A stretch of DNA of 50,705 bases from Bacteroidales bacterium (GCA_031549585.1 JAVBPN010000223.1:1-50705), one strand, 5' to 3'; shown: positions 28,930-39,404, counted from the first letter of the stretch. Numbers and translations are program-made. Notes: a model not told the origin generated them from the letters alone.

Positions 28930-29096
28930 GACCGTAAGACATGTAAGATGGTAAGACCGTAAGAGGTTGCGGCATTTACATGCATTGACGCTATATTTTG
29001 TTTGTTCGACATACGATCTATGATTGCATTCATTTGATAAAAATTAAATTTTCTCATTTTCTTACGGTCTTACGTGTCTTGCGATCTTACGGTCTT
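28930..29096. repeat. Inverted-repeat intergenic cassette, copy B (L arm 28930-28966, R arm 29060-29096)
   Basis: Both arms are identical to copy A. The core is homologous: …CTATATTTTGTTTGTTCGACATACGATCTATGATTG…. Confidence 0.95.
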
Positions 29097-29099
29097 CTT

Positions 29100-31454
29100 T
29101 TATTCCATTTTAATACTATTCATCGGATTGGCCGTTGCCGCTTTAACAGACTGAAAGCCAACCGTCAATAACGCAATAGCCAAACTAATCAACCCAACGA
29201 CAACAAAAATCCACCAAGGGATATTCGTACGATAAGAATAAGTACTTAACCATTTGTTCATCGCCCACCATGCAATGGGCGTAGCAATGGCAAAGGAGAT
29301 CAATACCAACACCAAAAATTCTCTGGAAAGTAAGGTGGTAATATTTTGTACAGACGCCCCAAGAACCTTACGAATGCCAATTTCTTTTTTGCGGGTTTCT
29401 GCCATGTAAGCTACCAGTGCAAATAAGCCCAAGCAAGAAATAAAAATGGTTAAACCGGCAAACCAGGTAGCCAATGATCCCATTTTTCGTTCTTCAGCAA
29501 ATTTATGGGCATATTCCTCATCCACAAATTTGTAATCGAAAGGATAAGCAGCATTGTATTGCTTTAATGCCTGTTCCACCTTAGCCAGATTATCCGCCAT
29601 ACGATTTTGTCCGTTCAATTTGATATGCATAATGCTCATCCACCCGCCGGGACCACCAATAAGCATAGGAACTACAGGTTCATAGGGTGAACGAAGGATA
29701 AAATCTTTAACCACACCCACCACATGCCAATCTTTGCCTTGTGTATTGACGATTTCGCCAATGGGATTCTCTAAATTCATCAATTTCAAAGCCGATTCAT
29801 TTAGCAACATAGCTGTAGAATCCGTTGGATAAGTATAAATATCAATATCCCGCCCTTCTACAATGGTTGTACCTGCTGTCTTTACCCAATCTGAATCCGT
29901 AAAATACAAGTCAAAAGTCAACCTTGCATTGGGGTCTTTTCCTTGCCAATTGACACCCCATGTGTTGCTCCATCCTTGCGACATAGGAGAAAGGGTTTTT
30001 GTCATAGATATGGCTGCTCCGGAGCTTAATAAATCTTGTTTGATGAGTTCATAATTTTTGACCATATCCCCTTCTAAAGAAACATAAATGAGTTGATCCT
30101 TATCATATCCGGATTCCCTGTTCTGCGCATATTTAATTTGGCGATGAATAACCAACGTAGATACAATCAAAGCGCAAGCAACGGTAAACTGTACCACTAC
30201 CAATATCTTTCGAGGCGACACCAATGCCTGTCCCGTTCTAAATATGCCTTTCAATGCCTTCACAGGAATAAAAGACGACAAATAGAAAGCCGGATAACTA
30301 CCGGCCAATAAACCGGTTAATAGGACAAAACCCAGTCCGGCCAACCAAAACCAACCATTGGCTAAACTTAAGGTTACATGTTGTCCCATCAATTTACCAA
30401 ATACCGGCAAAGCGAATATGGCAAGAATCAATGCGGCCACTCCGGCAATCAATGCGATGATGGTCGACTCACCCAGAAATTGCCAAATCAGCGACAAACG
30501 TTTACCGCCCATCACTTTCCGAACGCCCACTTCTTTTGCCCTTTTCTCACTACGAGCAGTACTCAAATTCATAAAATTGATACAAGCAATCAATAAAATC
30601 AATCCGGCAATGAGGCCAAACAAGCGTAATGACTCTATCAACCCTCCCGCAGGAACCCCATTTTCAAATTTGGCATATAGATGCCGCTTGCTGAGCGGGT
30701 ATAAAAACACTTCGACCGGTTCCTCATTATTGGTATGTGCTCGAGTAATATTACGAATGGATTCATTGACCAAATCCAATTGTGCATTGGGTTGTAATTC
30801 CACATAAGTTTGCAAGTTATTAGCAGTCCAACTATCGCTGGTCCAATCTAAAAGTTCCACAATAAACGGAATGGTGACTAATGCTTCGAACTGAAACAAG
30901 GTATTGCCGGGCAGGTCTTTCATCACGCCGGTGACCGTTACGGAACGCTGGTTATTGATCAAGAGTGTCTTACCCATTGGATCTTCATCACCGAACAAAC
31001 GTATAGCAACTTTTTCAGTCAAAACAACCGAATACGGATCATTCAATGCGGTTGTTGTATTCCCTTGTAATAAAGGAAAATCAAACATAGTTAAAAAATC
31101 AGGATCAGTGCAACTCGTTTGAATTTTAAACTTAGCATCTTCTTTGGCATAAAGCAAGGGTACATTCATTATTCTTGCTACTCCTGCCATTTCAGGATAA
31201 TCGGCTTTTAATGTTGGCGCCATAATCTTGGGCGTCCAATCCCAACAACGTACTGTGCCGTCAAACATAGAACGATTATATACCACATAGAGCTGTTTCT
31301 CCTTGGTATGAAAACGGTCATATGACCACTCGTAATGTATCCATGCAAGGATCAAAATAGTGGCTGCCATACCAATGGTTAAGCCTGCTATGTTGATGAA
31401 AGAATAAAATCCATTGCGCTTTAAACTCCGAAAAGTGGTTTTAATAAGATTCAT
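29100..31454 (-). CDS. ABC-transporter permease, double FtsX / MacB-like (subfamily III)
   Basis: 784 aa with an ATG start (MNLIKTTFRSLKRNGFYS). Same architecture and FtsX loops as its paralogues. Confidence 0.9.
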   Translation of the reverse strand: MNLIKTTFRSLKRNGFYSFINIAGLTIGMAATILILAWIHYEWSYDRFHTKEKQLYVVYNRSMFDGTVRCWDWTPKIMAPTLKADYPEMAGVARIMNVPLLYAKEDAKFKIQTSCTDPDFLTMFDFPLLQGNTTTALNDPYSVVLTEKVAIRLFGDEDPMGKTLLINNQRSVTVTGVMKDLPGNTLFQFEALVTIPFIVELLDWTSDSWTANNLQTYVELQPNAQLDLVNESIRNITRAHTNNEEPVEVFLYPLSKRHLYAKFENGVPAGGLIESLRLFGLIAGLILLIACINFMNLSTARSEKRAKEVGVRKVMGGKRLSLIWQFLGESTIIALIAGVAALILAIFALPVFGKLMGQHVTLSLANGWFWLAGLGFVLLTGLLAGSYPAFYLSSFIPVKALKGIFRTGQALVSPRKILVVVQFTVACALIVSTLVIHRQIKYAQNRESGYDKDQLIYVSLEGDMVKNYELIKQDLLSSGAAISMTKTLSPMSQGWSNTWGVNWQGKDPNARLTFDLYFTDSDWVKTAGTTIVEGRDIDIYTYPTDSTAMLLNESALKLMNLENPIGEIVNTQGKDWHVVGVVKDFILRSPYEPVVPMLIGGPGGWMSIMHIKLNGQNRMADNLAKVEQALKQYNAAYPFDYKFVDEEYAHKFAEERKMGSLATWFAGLTIFISCLGLFALVAYMAETRKKEIGIRKVLGASVQNITTLLSREFLVLVLISFAIATPIAWWAMNKWLSTYSYRTNIPWWIFVVVGLISLAIALLTVGFQSVKAATANPMNSIKME

Positions 31455-31824
31455 AATTTTAATATTTCAGATTTAAAATTTAAAGTTCCAAGTTATTTTA
31501 TACGTTCCCTTTAAACTTATTTCGTTTTAGTGATATCAATTTATAGCCCTAATGTTTGTAACCGTTGTTGCCAAATACGATCTTTTGATTTGACATATCC
31601 CCTACTCATTGGGAACAATACAGAAAATACTGACCTTTTGCCCAAGTGTATTTTCGATATGGTTGAAAAAGTATTCATGGCTTTATTTTTTACAATTCAT
31701 ACTGCACAATGAAAAACAATCGCCATGCCGCAATGATAAAATACTGTATTTGTGTGCTATACAAAATAATTTATCATGGGAAATGTTCGGCTATAGTACA
31801 TAAGTGTTAGTTTTCGGACAGTCA

Positions 31825-31911
31825 GAAGACCGTAAGACATGTAAAATAGTAAGACCGTAAGAGATTGTTGTTTTCTTACGGTCTTACGTGTCTTGCGATC
31901 TTACGGTCTTC
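31825..31911. repeat. Core-less hairpin form of the cassette, copy C (arms separated by an 11-nt loop)
   Basis: Sequence: GAAGACCGTAAGA-CATGTAAAATAG-TAAGACCGTAAGAG / attgttgtttt / CTTACGGTCTTA-CGTGTCTTGCGA-TCTTACGGTCTTC. It lies immediately 3' of the stop of 31914..34340. Confidence 0.9.
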
Positions 31912-31913
31912 TT

Positions 31914-34340
31914 CTACTCCGCTTTAATCGCTTTTACCGGATTGGCTGTTGCTGCTTTAATGGCCTGAAAACACACCGTAAACAATGTCAACACAACCGT
32001 AATAACAGCTGCTACGGCAAACATCCACCACGCAAGCGAAATGCGAAAAGCAAAACTTTCCAGGTATTTGCTGCCGAGCCACCAGGCTATGGGAACAGCA
32101 ATAACAAGGGAAATTAACAATAGCCGCAAATAATTATTGGTGAACAGGCTTATGATGCTGCTTACACTTGCTCCCAACACCTTGCGGATACCGATTTCTT
32201 TGGTGCGCTGCTCGGCCATAAACGCCGTCAACCCGAACACACCCATACAGGCTACCAATATAGCTAATACAGAAAAACTCACTGCCATACGATTGGTCTG
32301 TCTATCGGATTCATATGCCTTTTGCTGCAATAAAGAGGGGAAATAGACTTCAAATAAGTCGTTCGGAAAATGTTTCTTGAAAATAGCTTCATAAGAAGCA
32401 AGTTGTTGTGACATATTGCCCTCGTTGACACGCATCAGTAAAAATTCATTATCTGACCATGAATTATGAAAACAATACGGTTCGATAGGATTGTGCAAGT
32501 CCAAATAGTTAAAATCTTCCACTACACCGGCAACACGGGTATCACCACCGATGCCATACGCATAAATATTTTTTCCGATCATCTCCTCAGGTGTCATACC
32601 CAAAAACTCTGCGGCTTTCCGGTTAATCACGGCATACGAAACCGCATCACCGACTTTTCTTTCCGTGTATATGGCGCCTGCGATCAGTTTCAGATGCAGC
32701 ATTTCCACGATTTCTGGAGTAGCATACGATGTACACAAGTCGGCAACCTGATCCGGTGCCGGTTGTTTTCCGTTACGTCGTTCCTGCATTACTTCATGGC
32801 TTTTAAAAAAGGTGTTGGAAGGCCCTCGAAACAACGGAAATGCCGAAGTAAATGCCACAGCCGACACATTACTTTGTGCGGCAAAATCGTTCTTCAATGC
32901 GGTAAAATCATTTTGCGATGATACTCCCGACAAAGGTACGGCCACAACACCGGTTACATCGTAACCAAGATCCTTATCGGTAACATAATTCATTTGACTG
33001 CCGATGACGAATACCCATGTAATCAAAACTACGGAAACAGAAAACTGAACGACGGAAAGCCCCTTACGAACCACGGCATGACGTCCTCCTTTTGTATATC
33101 CCTGCCGAATAATGGTTAACGGAGCAAAGCCCGACAGGTATAATGCCGGATAGGAGGCTGCAAAAAAAACGGTTACCAGATATACGGACAGTAGTCCCAA
33201 CAGAAAAGTAGGATAAAGAAAAATACCCGGAGGTATTTGTTGTCCCAATAATTTGTTAAAAATAGGCAATAGGATGAAGGAAAGTACAAATGCTGCTGCA
33301 AAAGCAATAAATGTAACCATGCCGGTTTCGATGTACAACCTGCCGACGATATTACCGCGCCGTGCACCGAAAGTTTTGCTAACACCAATATCTTTTGAGC
33401 GTTTTTGCGCACGGGCAGTCGACAAGTTCATGTAGTTGATGCACGCCACCACCAGTATGATTGCGGCCAACAACGAAAGCATCTTTAACCTGTTGATATC
33501 TCCGGGAGCGTGAATATAAGTATATCCTACAGAATACAGGTGTATTTTTTCAAACAATTGTAATTGTACCCGGAAAAAACCATCAGGCCCATTATTCTTT
33601 TCCAATATTTGCTGCATTTGTTCTTCTGCTTGGCCGGCATCAACACCATCGGCCAATAGGCAAAATGTTTCGAACCCTATATTCCCCCAATGATAAGAAC
33701 CTTTGTCGCGCGGGGTAATGGGAAGATGCGACGACATAAATGGCCCAATGATGCTGTAGTCAGCAAATGAAGAATTGGCAGGAAAATCCTTGTAAACAGC
33801 CTGCACTGTCATTTCGTTCTTTCCGTCGACCAATATGGTTTCACCTATAGGATTCCTATCATCGAACAGTATCCGCGACTTTGATTCAGACAACGCCACA
33901 CTGCCCGGTTTCAACAATGCTGTTTCGGACGAACCGTACACAAAAGGTGTATTAAAAATCCGGAAAAAATCCTCGTCAGCCCAACAAAATTTATCCATTT
34001 TGAAAAAATTACCGGATACTTTTACAACAGCCGGATTAACAAAAGTCCTTGTTACATAAGCGACTTCGGACACCTCTTCTTGCACGGCCGGTGCAAATGG
34101 ATTGACGGTTAAGCCATAAACCTCTCCACCATATTTTTCGGTAGATACCGAATTCATTCGGTAGATACGACTTCCGTTCGGGAACGATTTGTCAAATGAA
34201 TACTCATTGTAAATCATAGCACAAATGATCAATACAACGGTCAATCCCACAGATAAACCAATAAGATTAACCAAAGAGAACACACCATCGCGACGAAGAC
34301 TACGCCAGGCAAATTTTAAGTAATAAGAAAAATTGTTCAT
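31914..34340 (-). CDS. ABC-transporter permease, double FtsX / MacB-like (divergent subfamily I)
   Basis: 808 aa with an ATG start. LKFAWRSLRRDGVFSLVNLIGLSVG at the N-terminus. FtsX loops: NLSTARAQKRSKDIGVSKTFGARR and EQRTKEIGIRKVLGAS. The C-terminus is NPVKAIKAE. Confidence 0.9.
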   Translation of the reverse strand: MNNFSYYLKFAWRSLRRDGVFSLVNLIGLSVGLTVVLIICAMIYNEYSFDKSFPNGSRIYRMNSVSTEKYGGEVYGLTVNPFAPAVQEEVSEVAYVTRTFVNPAVVKVSGNFFKMDKFCWADEDFFRIFNTPFVYGSSETALLKPGSVALSESKSRILFDDRNPIGETILVDGKNEMTVQAVYKDFPANSSFADYSIIGPFMSSHLPITPRDKGSYHWGNIGFETFCLLADGVDAGQAEEQMQQILEKNNGPDGFFRVQLQLFEKIHLYSVGYTYIHAPGDINRLKMLSLLAAIILVVACINYMNLSTARAQKRSKDIGVSKTFGARRGNIVGRLYIETGMVTFIAFAAAFVLSFILLPIFNKLLGQQIPPGIFLYPTFLLGLLSVYLVTVFFAASYPALYLSGFAPLTIIRQGYTKGGRHAVVRKGLSVVQFSVSVVLITWVFVIGSQMNYVTDKDLGYDVTGVVAVPLSGVSSQNDFTALKNDFAAQSNVSAVAFTSAFPLFRGPSNTFFKSHEVMQERRNGKQPAPDQVADLCTSYATPEIVEMLHLKLIAGAIYTERKVGDAVSYAVINRKAAEFLGMTPEEMIGKNIYAYGIGGDTRVAGVVEDFNYLDLHNPIEPYCFHNSWSDNEFLLMRVNEGNMSQQLASYEAIFKKHFPNDLFEVYFPSLLQQKAYESDRQTNRMAVSFSVLAILVACMGVFGLTAFMAEQRTKEIGIRKVLGASVSSIISLFTNNYLRLLLISLVIAVPIAWWLGSKYLESFAFRISLAWWMFAVAAVITVVLTLFTVCFQAIKAATANPVKAIKAE

Positions 34341-34369
34341 AATCGTTTTGTTTATTCTGTGTTATTCTG

Positions 34370-36718
34370 TTATTCACTCTTGATGCTATCCACCGGGTTG
34401 GCCGTTGCCGCCTTGATGGCCTGAAAACTCACCGTCAATAAAGCAATCAATAAACTGGCACACCCAACAACAGCAAATACCCACCATGGTATGTTTGTGT
34501 GATATGCATAGTTTCCCAACCATTTATTCATCGCCCACCATGCAACAGGCGAAGCAATTGCAATGGAAATAAGGACAAGGATCAAAAACTCTTTTGTTAA
34601 TAACGAAGTAACATCTTTTATGGAAGCACCGAGTATTTTACGGATTCCTATCTCCCTTTTTCTTGTTTCGGCCATATAAGCAACCAGCGCAAACAATCCC
34701 ATGCAGGAAATAAAAATGGTCAAAACAGCGAACCATGTCGCCAATGAACCCATTGTTTTTTCTTCCTGGAATTTACGGGCATATTCTTCATCAATAAATT
34801 GGTATTCGAATGGATAAGCCGGATTGTATGTTTTGAAAATGGCTTCAGCTTTAGCCAAATTTTCAGATGTTGAATTAGCTCCATTGAGGCGGATATGGAC
34901 AGTACTGAGAAAACCTGTACCCGGTCCGGCAATAATCATGGGTTTGGTGGCTTCGTAAGGCGAGTGGAGTATGAAATCCTTGATGACACCTACCACATGA
35001 ACTTGTCCACCCCAAAATTCTACTGATTCGCCAATAGGATTATCAAATCCCATCTTTTTTACTGCTGCTTCGTTCAATAATGCAGCCGTAGAATCGGTCG
35101 GCCAATTAACCAAATCCATATCCCGGCCTTCGACAATGGTGGTACCTACAGTTCTTGTCCAGTCGGCGTCCGCAAAAAAGATATCAATAGATGTTTTATC
35201 GTCCGGATCACTCCCTCTCCAACTCACACCGGAAGCGTCTGCCCATTGTTGTGTCATGGGTGCAAATGTCCGTGTCACCGATGTTGCTGCGCCGGAACTC
35301 AATAGGTCGTATTTGATTAATTCGTAATTTTTGCCTATATCCCCAGTTATGTCGTGATAAACAAGATGATCTTTATTGTAACCGCTATCTCTATCCTGCG
35401 CATAAAGCACTTGACGATGAATCACAAGTGTTGCGGTAATCAGGAATACCGCAACAGTAAATTGTATAATCACCAACACCTTACGGGGAGCAACCCATTT
35501 CTTTTCTTCACTAAATGTTCCTTTCAATACCTTGATCGGCAAGAAAGATGATAGATGAAACGCAGGGTAGCTACCGGCAAGCAGGCCAGTAAAAAGAACA
35601 AAACCCAAACTAGTCAACCAAAACCAGCCATTGGCCAAATCCAGCGTTAATGTTTTTCCTACTAATTTGCTATAAGTAGGTAATGTCAATTCAACAATGA
35701 CAATGGCAATCACACCGGCAATAAAAGCCAACAGGGTCGATTCACTCAAAAATTGCCTGACCAATGATATGCGCTTTCCGCCCATTACCTTGCGTACTCC
35801 GATTTCTTTGGCTCTCTTTTCACCACGTGCAGTACTCAGATTCATAAAGTTGATACAAGCGATCAGTAATATCAATAAGGCAACCAAACCAAATAAACGC
35901 AATGTGTCGATTAATCCTCCCGTCAACACTCCGTTTTCGGACTTGGTATACAGATGCGATTTACTTAGCGGGAATATAAATACTTCTGAATGATCCTTGT
36001 TTTCAGTCCGCTCCTTAATGATAGAACTAATAGATTGGTTTACCCGATCTGCCTGAGCTTGAGGCTGAAGTTCTACATAAGTAGGAATGGTATGATTTCC
36101 CCATGCACGGTTATGCCAATTTTCAGCATAAGCAAAAGGAATCAAAGCTTCAAAATCAAAAGTCGTATTGTTTGGAATATCTTTCATAATTCCAGTAACA
36201 GTCATGGGCTGTTTGTTACTTAACAATATTGTTTTCCCCATTGGATCTTCACCCCCAAACAACCGTTTCGCTGTTTTTTCAGTAAGAATCACTGAATATG
36301 TATCATTTAAAGCCGAACCGGTATTTCCATAGAGTAACGGAAAACTGAACATAGTTAAAAATCCAGGATCAACTGTGGCAACTTGGAGCATCAAATGATT
36401 ATCTCCCGATGCACAAAGGAAATCACTCACATACACGCGTGTCACCTCTGCAATATCGGGATAATCAGCCTTCAAAGCAGGTCCTATCAAGACAGATGTT
36501 GCACCTACACATTCTACCGGCCCATCGTATTGAACCCGATTCCAAACCTGATACAATTGTTTTTCCTTGGTATGGAAGCGGTCGTAAGACCACTCATGGT
36601 AAATCCAAACCAACAAAAGGATAGCAGCAGCCATCCCTATTGAAAGTCCAACGACATTGATCACCGTATAAAAACTGTTGCGCCTGAACCCCCGAAAGGC
36701 AAATTTTAGATGATTCAT
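34370..36718 (-). CDS. ABC-transporter permease, double FtsX / MacB-like (subfamily III)
   Basis: 782 aa with an ATG start (MNHLKFAFRGFRRNSFYTVINVVGLSIGMAAAILL). Its stop lies only 29 nt from the start of the next gene downstream. Confidence 0.9.
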   Translation of the reverse strand: MNHLKFAFRGFRRNSFYTVINVVGLSIGMAAAILLLVWIYHEWSYDRFHTKEKQLYQVWNRVQYDGPVECVGATSVLIGPALKADYPDIAEVTRVYVSDFLCASGDNHLMLQVATVDPGFLTMFSFPLLYGNTGSALNDTYSVILTEKTAKRLFGGEDPMGKTILLSNKQPMTVTGIMKDIPNNTTFDFEALIPFAYAENWHNRAWGNHTIPTYVELQPQAQADRVNQSISSIIKERTENKDHSEVFIFPLSKSHLYTKSENGVLTGGLIDTLRLFGLVALLILLIACINFMNLSTARGEKRAKEIGVRKVMGGKRISLVRQFLSESTLLAFIAGVIAIVIVELTLPTYSKLVGKTLTLDLANGWFWLTSLGFVLFTGLLAGSYPAFHLSSFLPIKVLKGTFSEEKKWVAPRKVLVIIQFTVAVFLITATLVIHRQVLYAQDRDSGYNKDHLVYHDITGDIGKNYELIKYDLLSSGAATSVTRTFAPMTQQWADASGVSWRGSDPDDKTSIDIFFADADWTRTVGTTIVEGRDMDLVNWPTDSTAALLNEAAVKKMGFDNPIGESVEFWGGQVHVVGVIKDFILHSPYEATKPMIIAGPGTGFLSTVHIRLNGANSTSENLAKAEAIFKTYNPAYPFEYQFIDEEYARKFQEEKTMGSLATWFAVLTIFISCMGLFALVAYMAETRKREIGIRKILGASIKDVTSLLTKEFLILVLISIAIASPVAWWAMNKWLGNYAYHTNIPWWVFAVVGCASLLIALLTVSFQAIKAATANPVDSIKSE

Positions 36719-36769
36719 AATTTATGTGTTTTAATAGTGTTTCTATGATGATGAGTAATCTTTTAGATA

Positions 36770-37042
36770 GACCGTAAGACATGTAAGATGGTAAGACCGT
36801 AAGAGGTTGGGATGCTAACGGAATTGACTATATATTTGTGTTTATCCGGCATCTGGTTTATGATTGTATTTATTTGACAAGATCAAATTCTTTCATTTTT
36901 CTTACGGTCTTACGTGTCTTGCGATCTTACGGTCTTTTTTATTTTGTTGATTCAACATACGATCTATGATTGTATTTATTTGACAAGATCAAATTCTTTT
37001 ATTTTTCCTACGGTCTTACGTGTCTTGCGATCTTACGGTCTT
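36770..37042. repeat. Cassette copy D with a duplicated distal core and R arm (L 36770-36806; R1 36901-36936; R2 37007-37042)
   Basis: The ~106-bp segment ending in R1 is repeated directly after it. The core piece TGATTGTATTTATTTGACAAGATCAAATTCTTT occurs twice. R2 has one mismatch (CCTACGG). Confidence 0.9.
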
Positions 37043-37043
37043 T

Positions 37044-39404
37044 TTATTCCGCTTTAATCGCTTTCACCGGATTGGCCGTTGCCGCCTTGATGGCTTGAAA
37101 AGAAACGGTCAACAAAGCAATGGATAAACTGACGCATCCGACAACTATAAATATCCACCAGGGAATATTGGTATGATAAGCATATTTGGCCAACCATTTA
37201 TTCATTGCCCACCATGCAATGGGAGAAGCAACCGCAAGGGAAATGAGCACCAGGATTAAAAATTCTTTGGATAATAAAGACGTAACACTGGTCACTGAAG
37301 CTCCCAAAACCTTGCGGATACCGATCTCCTTTTTGCGTGTTTCGGCCATATAGGCAACCAAAGCAAATAATCCCATGCAGGAAATCACAATGGCTAAGAT
37401 AGCAAATCCGGTAGCCAATGAACCCATTTTTTGTTCTTCCTGAAATTTATGGGCATATTCTTCATCGATGAATTTATATTCGAACGGATAGGCCGGATTG
37501 TATTGCCTGAAAATCTTTTCGGCCGCAGCCAAATTATCTGCTGTCTTATTTTCACCATTTAACCGGATATGAATCGTTCCAAAACTGCCGATGCCGGGCC
37601 CTCCGATAATCATCGGCATCATTGGGTTGTATGGTGAACGGAGGATAAAATCCTTGACTACGCCGATTACATGCCCTTCCCTACCCCAAAGCCGGACAGT
37701 TTCTCCAATAGGATGATCCAGATTCATTGCTTTGAGGGCTGATTCATTCAGTAAAACTGCCGTAGCATCGGTTGGATAGGTGTAAATATCTATATCTCTT
37801 CCTTCAACAATGGTCGTCCCCACTGTTCCCGTCCAATCGGCATCCACAAAGAATAGGTCAAACAATGTTTTGTCATCGGGAAGAATACCTTTCCATTGAA
37901 CGCCCAAAGCGCTTGAATTACAATCCGTCATCGGCGAATTGGTTCTTGTCACCGATATGGCCGTCCCGGAAGCCAATAAATCCTGTTTAATCAATGCGTA
38001 ATTTTTGGCGATATCACCATTTATTTCCTGGTAAATAAGCTGTTCCTTATTGTATCCGCTGTCCCTGTCTTGTACATAATATATTTGCCGGTGAATGACA
38101 AGGGTTGCAATAATCAAACAAATAGCAACAGTAAATTGCACTACTACCAATACTTTACGGGGTGAAACCACTTTCCATGCAGCTTTGAATGTTCCTTTCA
38201 ACACCTTGACCGGCAAAAAAGACGATAGGTGAAAAGCAGGATAGCTACCGGCAAGCAGGCCGGTAAAAAATACAAACACCAGCCCAGTCAACCAGAACCA
38301 AACACTCCCTAGATTTAAGCTCAATGTTTTACCCATTAATGTACTATAAGCCGGTAGAACCAATGTCGCAATAACAATAGCAAGCAATCCGGCCAGAAAA
38401 GCCACGATGGTTGATTCACCCAAAAATTGACTGATCAAGGAAATCCGTTTCGCACCCATCACTTTGCGCACTCCTACTTCTTTTGCTCTTTTTGCACTTC
38501 GGGCCGTGCTCAGGTTCATAAAATTAATACAGGCTATCAGCAATATCAACAAGGCAATCAATCCAAACAACTGCAAAGTATCAACCAATCCTCCGGCAGG
38601 CACTCCATTTTCAAATTTGGAATATAAATGCACCCGGCTTAACGGATAGATGAATGCCTCAAACGGCACTTCATTGTTGGAGTGTTCTTTGATAATATTC
38701 TGAATGGATTGATCGATGCCACTTTCTTGGGAAGGCGACTGAAGTTCAATATAAGTAGATACCGAAAAAGCACCCCAAGAATCATTATGCTTGTACCAAT
38801 CATGACTTTCTGCAAAAGTAAATGGGAGCAAGACGTCAAATTCGAATGATGTATTGCGTGGCAAATCTTTCATGACACCGGTAACGGTCATCGAATATTG
38901 AGCATCGCATAACAACACTTTCCCCATCGGATCTTCAGAACCAAATAAACGTTGAGCGGCTTGCTCGGTAAGGATTACCGAATACGGATCTTTCAATGCA
39001 GATTCCATATTTCCTTGCAACAAAGGAAAGCTGAACATAGTAAGGAATCCCGGATCGACACACGTAGTTTTCATTTTCAAACGGTTCTCGCCTAATGTAT
39101 ACAGCATGCTTCTCGTATCCATCCGCGTCATTTCTTCTACTTCCGGATAGTCAGCTTTTAAGGTAGGCCCCATCACCACCGGATTTTCACCCCAGCACTC
39201 CACTTTGCCGTTAAATTCACCACGGCTCCAAACCTGATATAATTGTTTTTCTTTAGCATGAAAACGGTCATATGACCACTCGTTATAAACCCAAACCAAT
39301 AAAAGGATGGCGGCAGCCATGCCAATGGCAAGGCCGGAAATATTGATGACGGAATAAAATCCGTTCCGTTTCAAACTTCTGAAAACAACTTTAAAGAAAT
39401 TCAT
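37044..39404 (-). CDS. ABC-transporter permease, double FtsX / MacB-like (subfamily III)
   Basis: 786 aa with an ATG start (MNFFKVVFRSLKRNGFYSVINISGLAIGMAAAILL). Same architecture as its paralogues. Confidence 0.9.
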   Translation of the reverse strand: MNFFKVVFRSLKRNGFYSVINISGLAIGMAAAILLLVWVYNEWSYDRFHAKEKQLYQVWSRGEFNGKVECWGENPVVMGPTLKADYPEVEEMTRMDTRSMLYTLGENRLKMKTTCVDPGFLTMFSFPLLQGNMESALKDPYSVILTEQAAQRLFGSEDPMGKVLLCDAQYSMTVTGVMKDLPRNTSFEFDVLLPFTFAESHDWYKHNDSWGAFSVSTYIELQSPSQESGIDQSIQNIIKEHSNNEVPFEAFIYPLSRVHLYSKFENGVPAGGLVDTLQLFGLIALLILLIACINFMNLSTARSAKRAKEVGVRKVMGAKRISLISQFLGESTIVAFLAGLLAIVIATLVLPAYSTLMGKTLSLNLGSVWFWLTGLVFVFFTGLLAGSYPAFHLSSFLPVKVLKGTFKAAWKVVSPRKVLVVVQFTVAICLIIATLVIHRQIYYVQDRDSGYNKEQLIYQEINGDIAKNYALIKQDLLASGTAISVTRTNSPMTDCNSSALGVQWKGILPDDKTLFDLFFVDADWTGTVGTTIVEGRDIDIYTYPTDATAVLLNESALKAMNLDHPIGETVRLWGREGHVIGVVKDFILRSPYNPMMPMIIGGPGIGSFGTIHIRLNGENKTADNLAAAEKIFRQYNPAYPFEYKFIDEEYAHKFQEEQKMGSLATGFAILAIVISCMGLFALVAYMAETRKKEIGIRKVLGASVTSVTSLLSKEFLILVLISLAVASPIAWWAMNKWLAKYAYHTNIPWWIFIVVGCVSLSIALLTVSFQAIKAATANPVKAIKAE

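Noticed and set aside
30358-30807. Long antisense ORFs inside permease genes and other CDSs. Examples: 30358..30807, 32466..32921, 45734..46180, 47493..47906, 9295..9672 and 3141..3446.
   Set aside because: These are shadow ORFs on the opposite strand or in another frame of well-supported long CDSs. Their composition is low-complexity or odd, and no recognisable motifs are present.
34341-34369. A 29-nt junction with the direct repeat TTATTCTGT-G-TTATTCTGT between two permease genes.
   Set aside because: It is too short and AT-rich to interpret. It most likely just reflects tight operonic coupling of 34370..36718 and 31914..34340.
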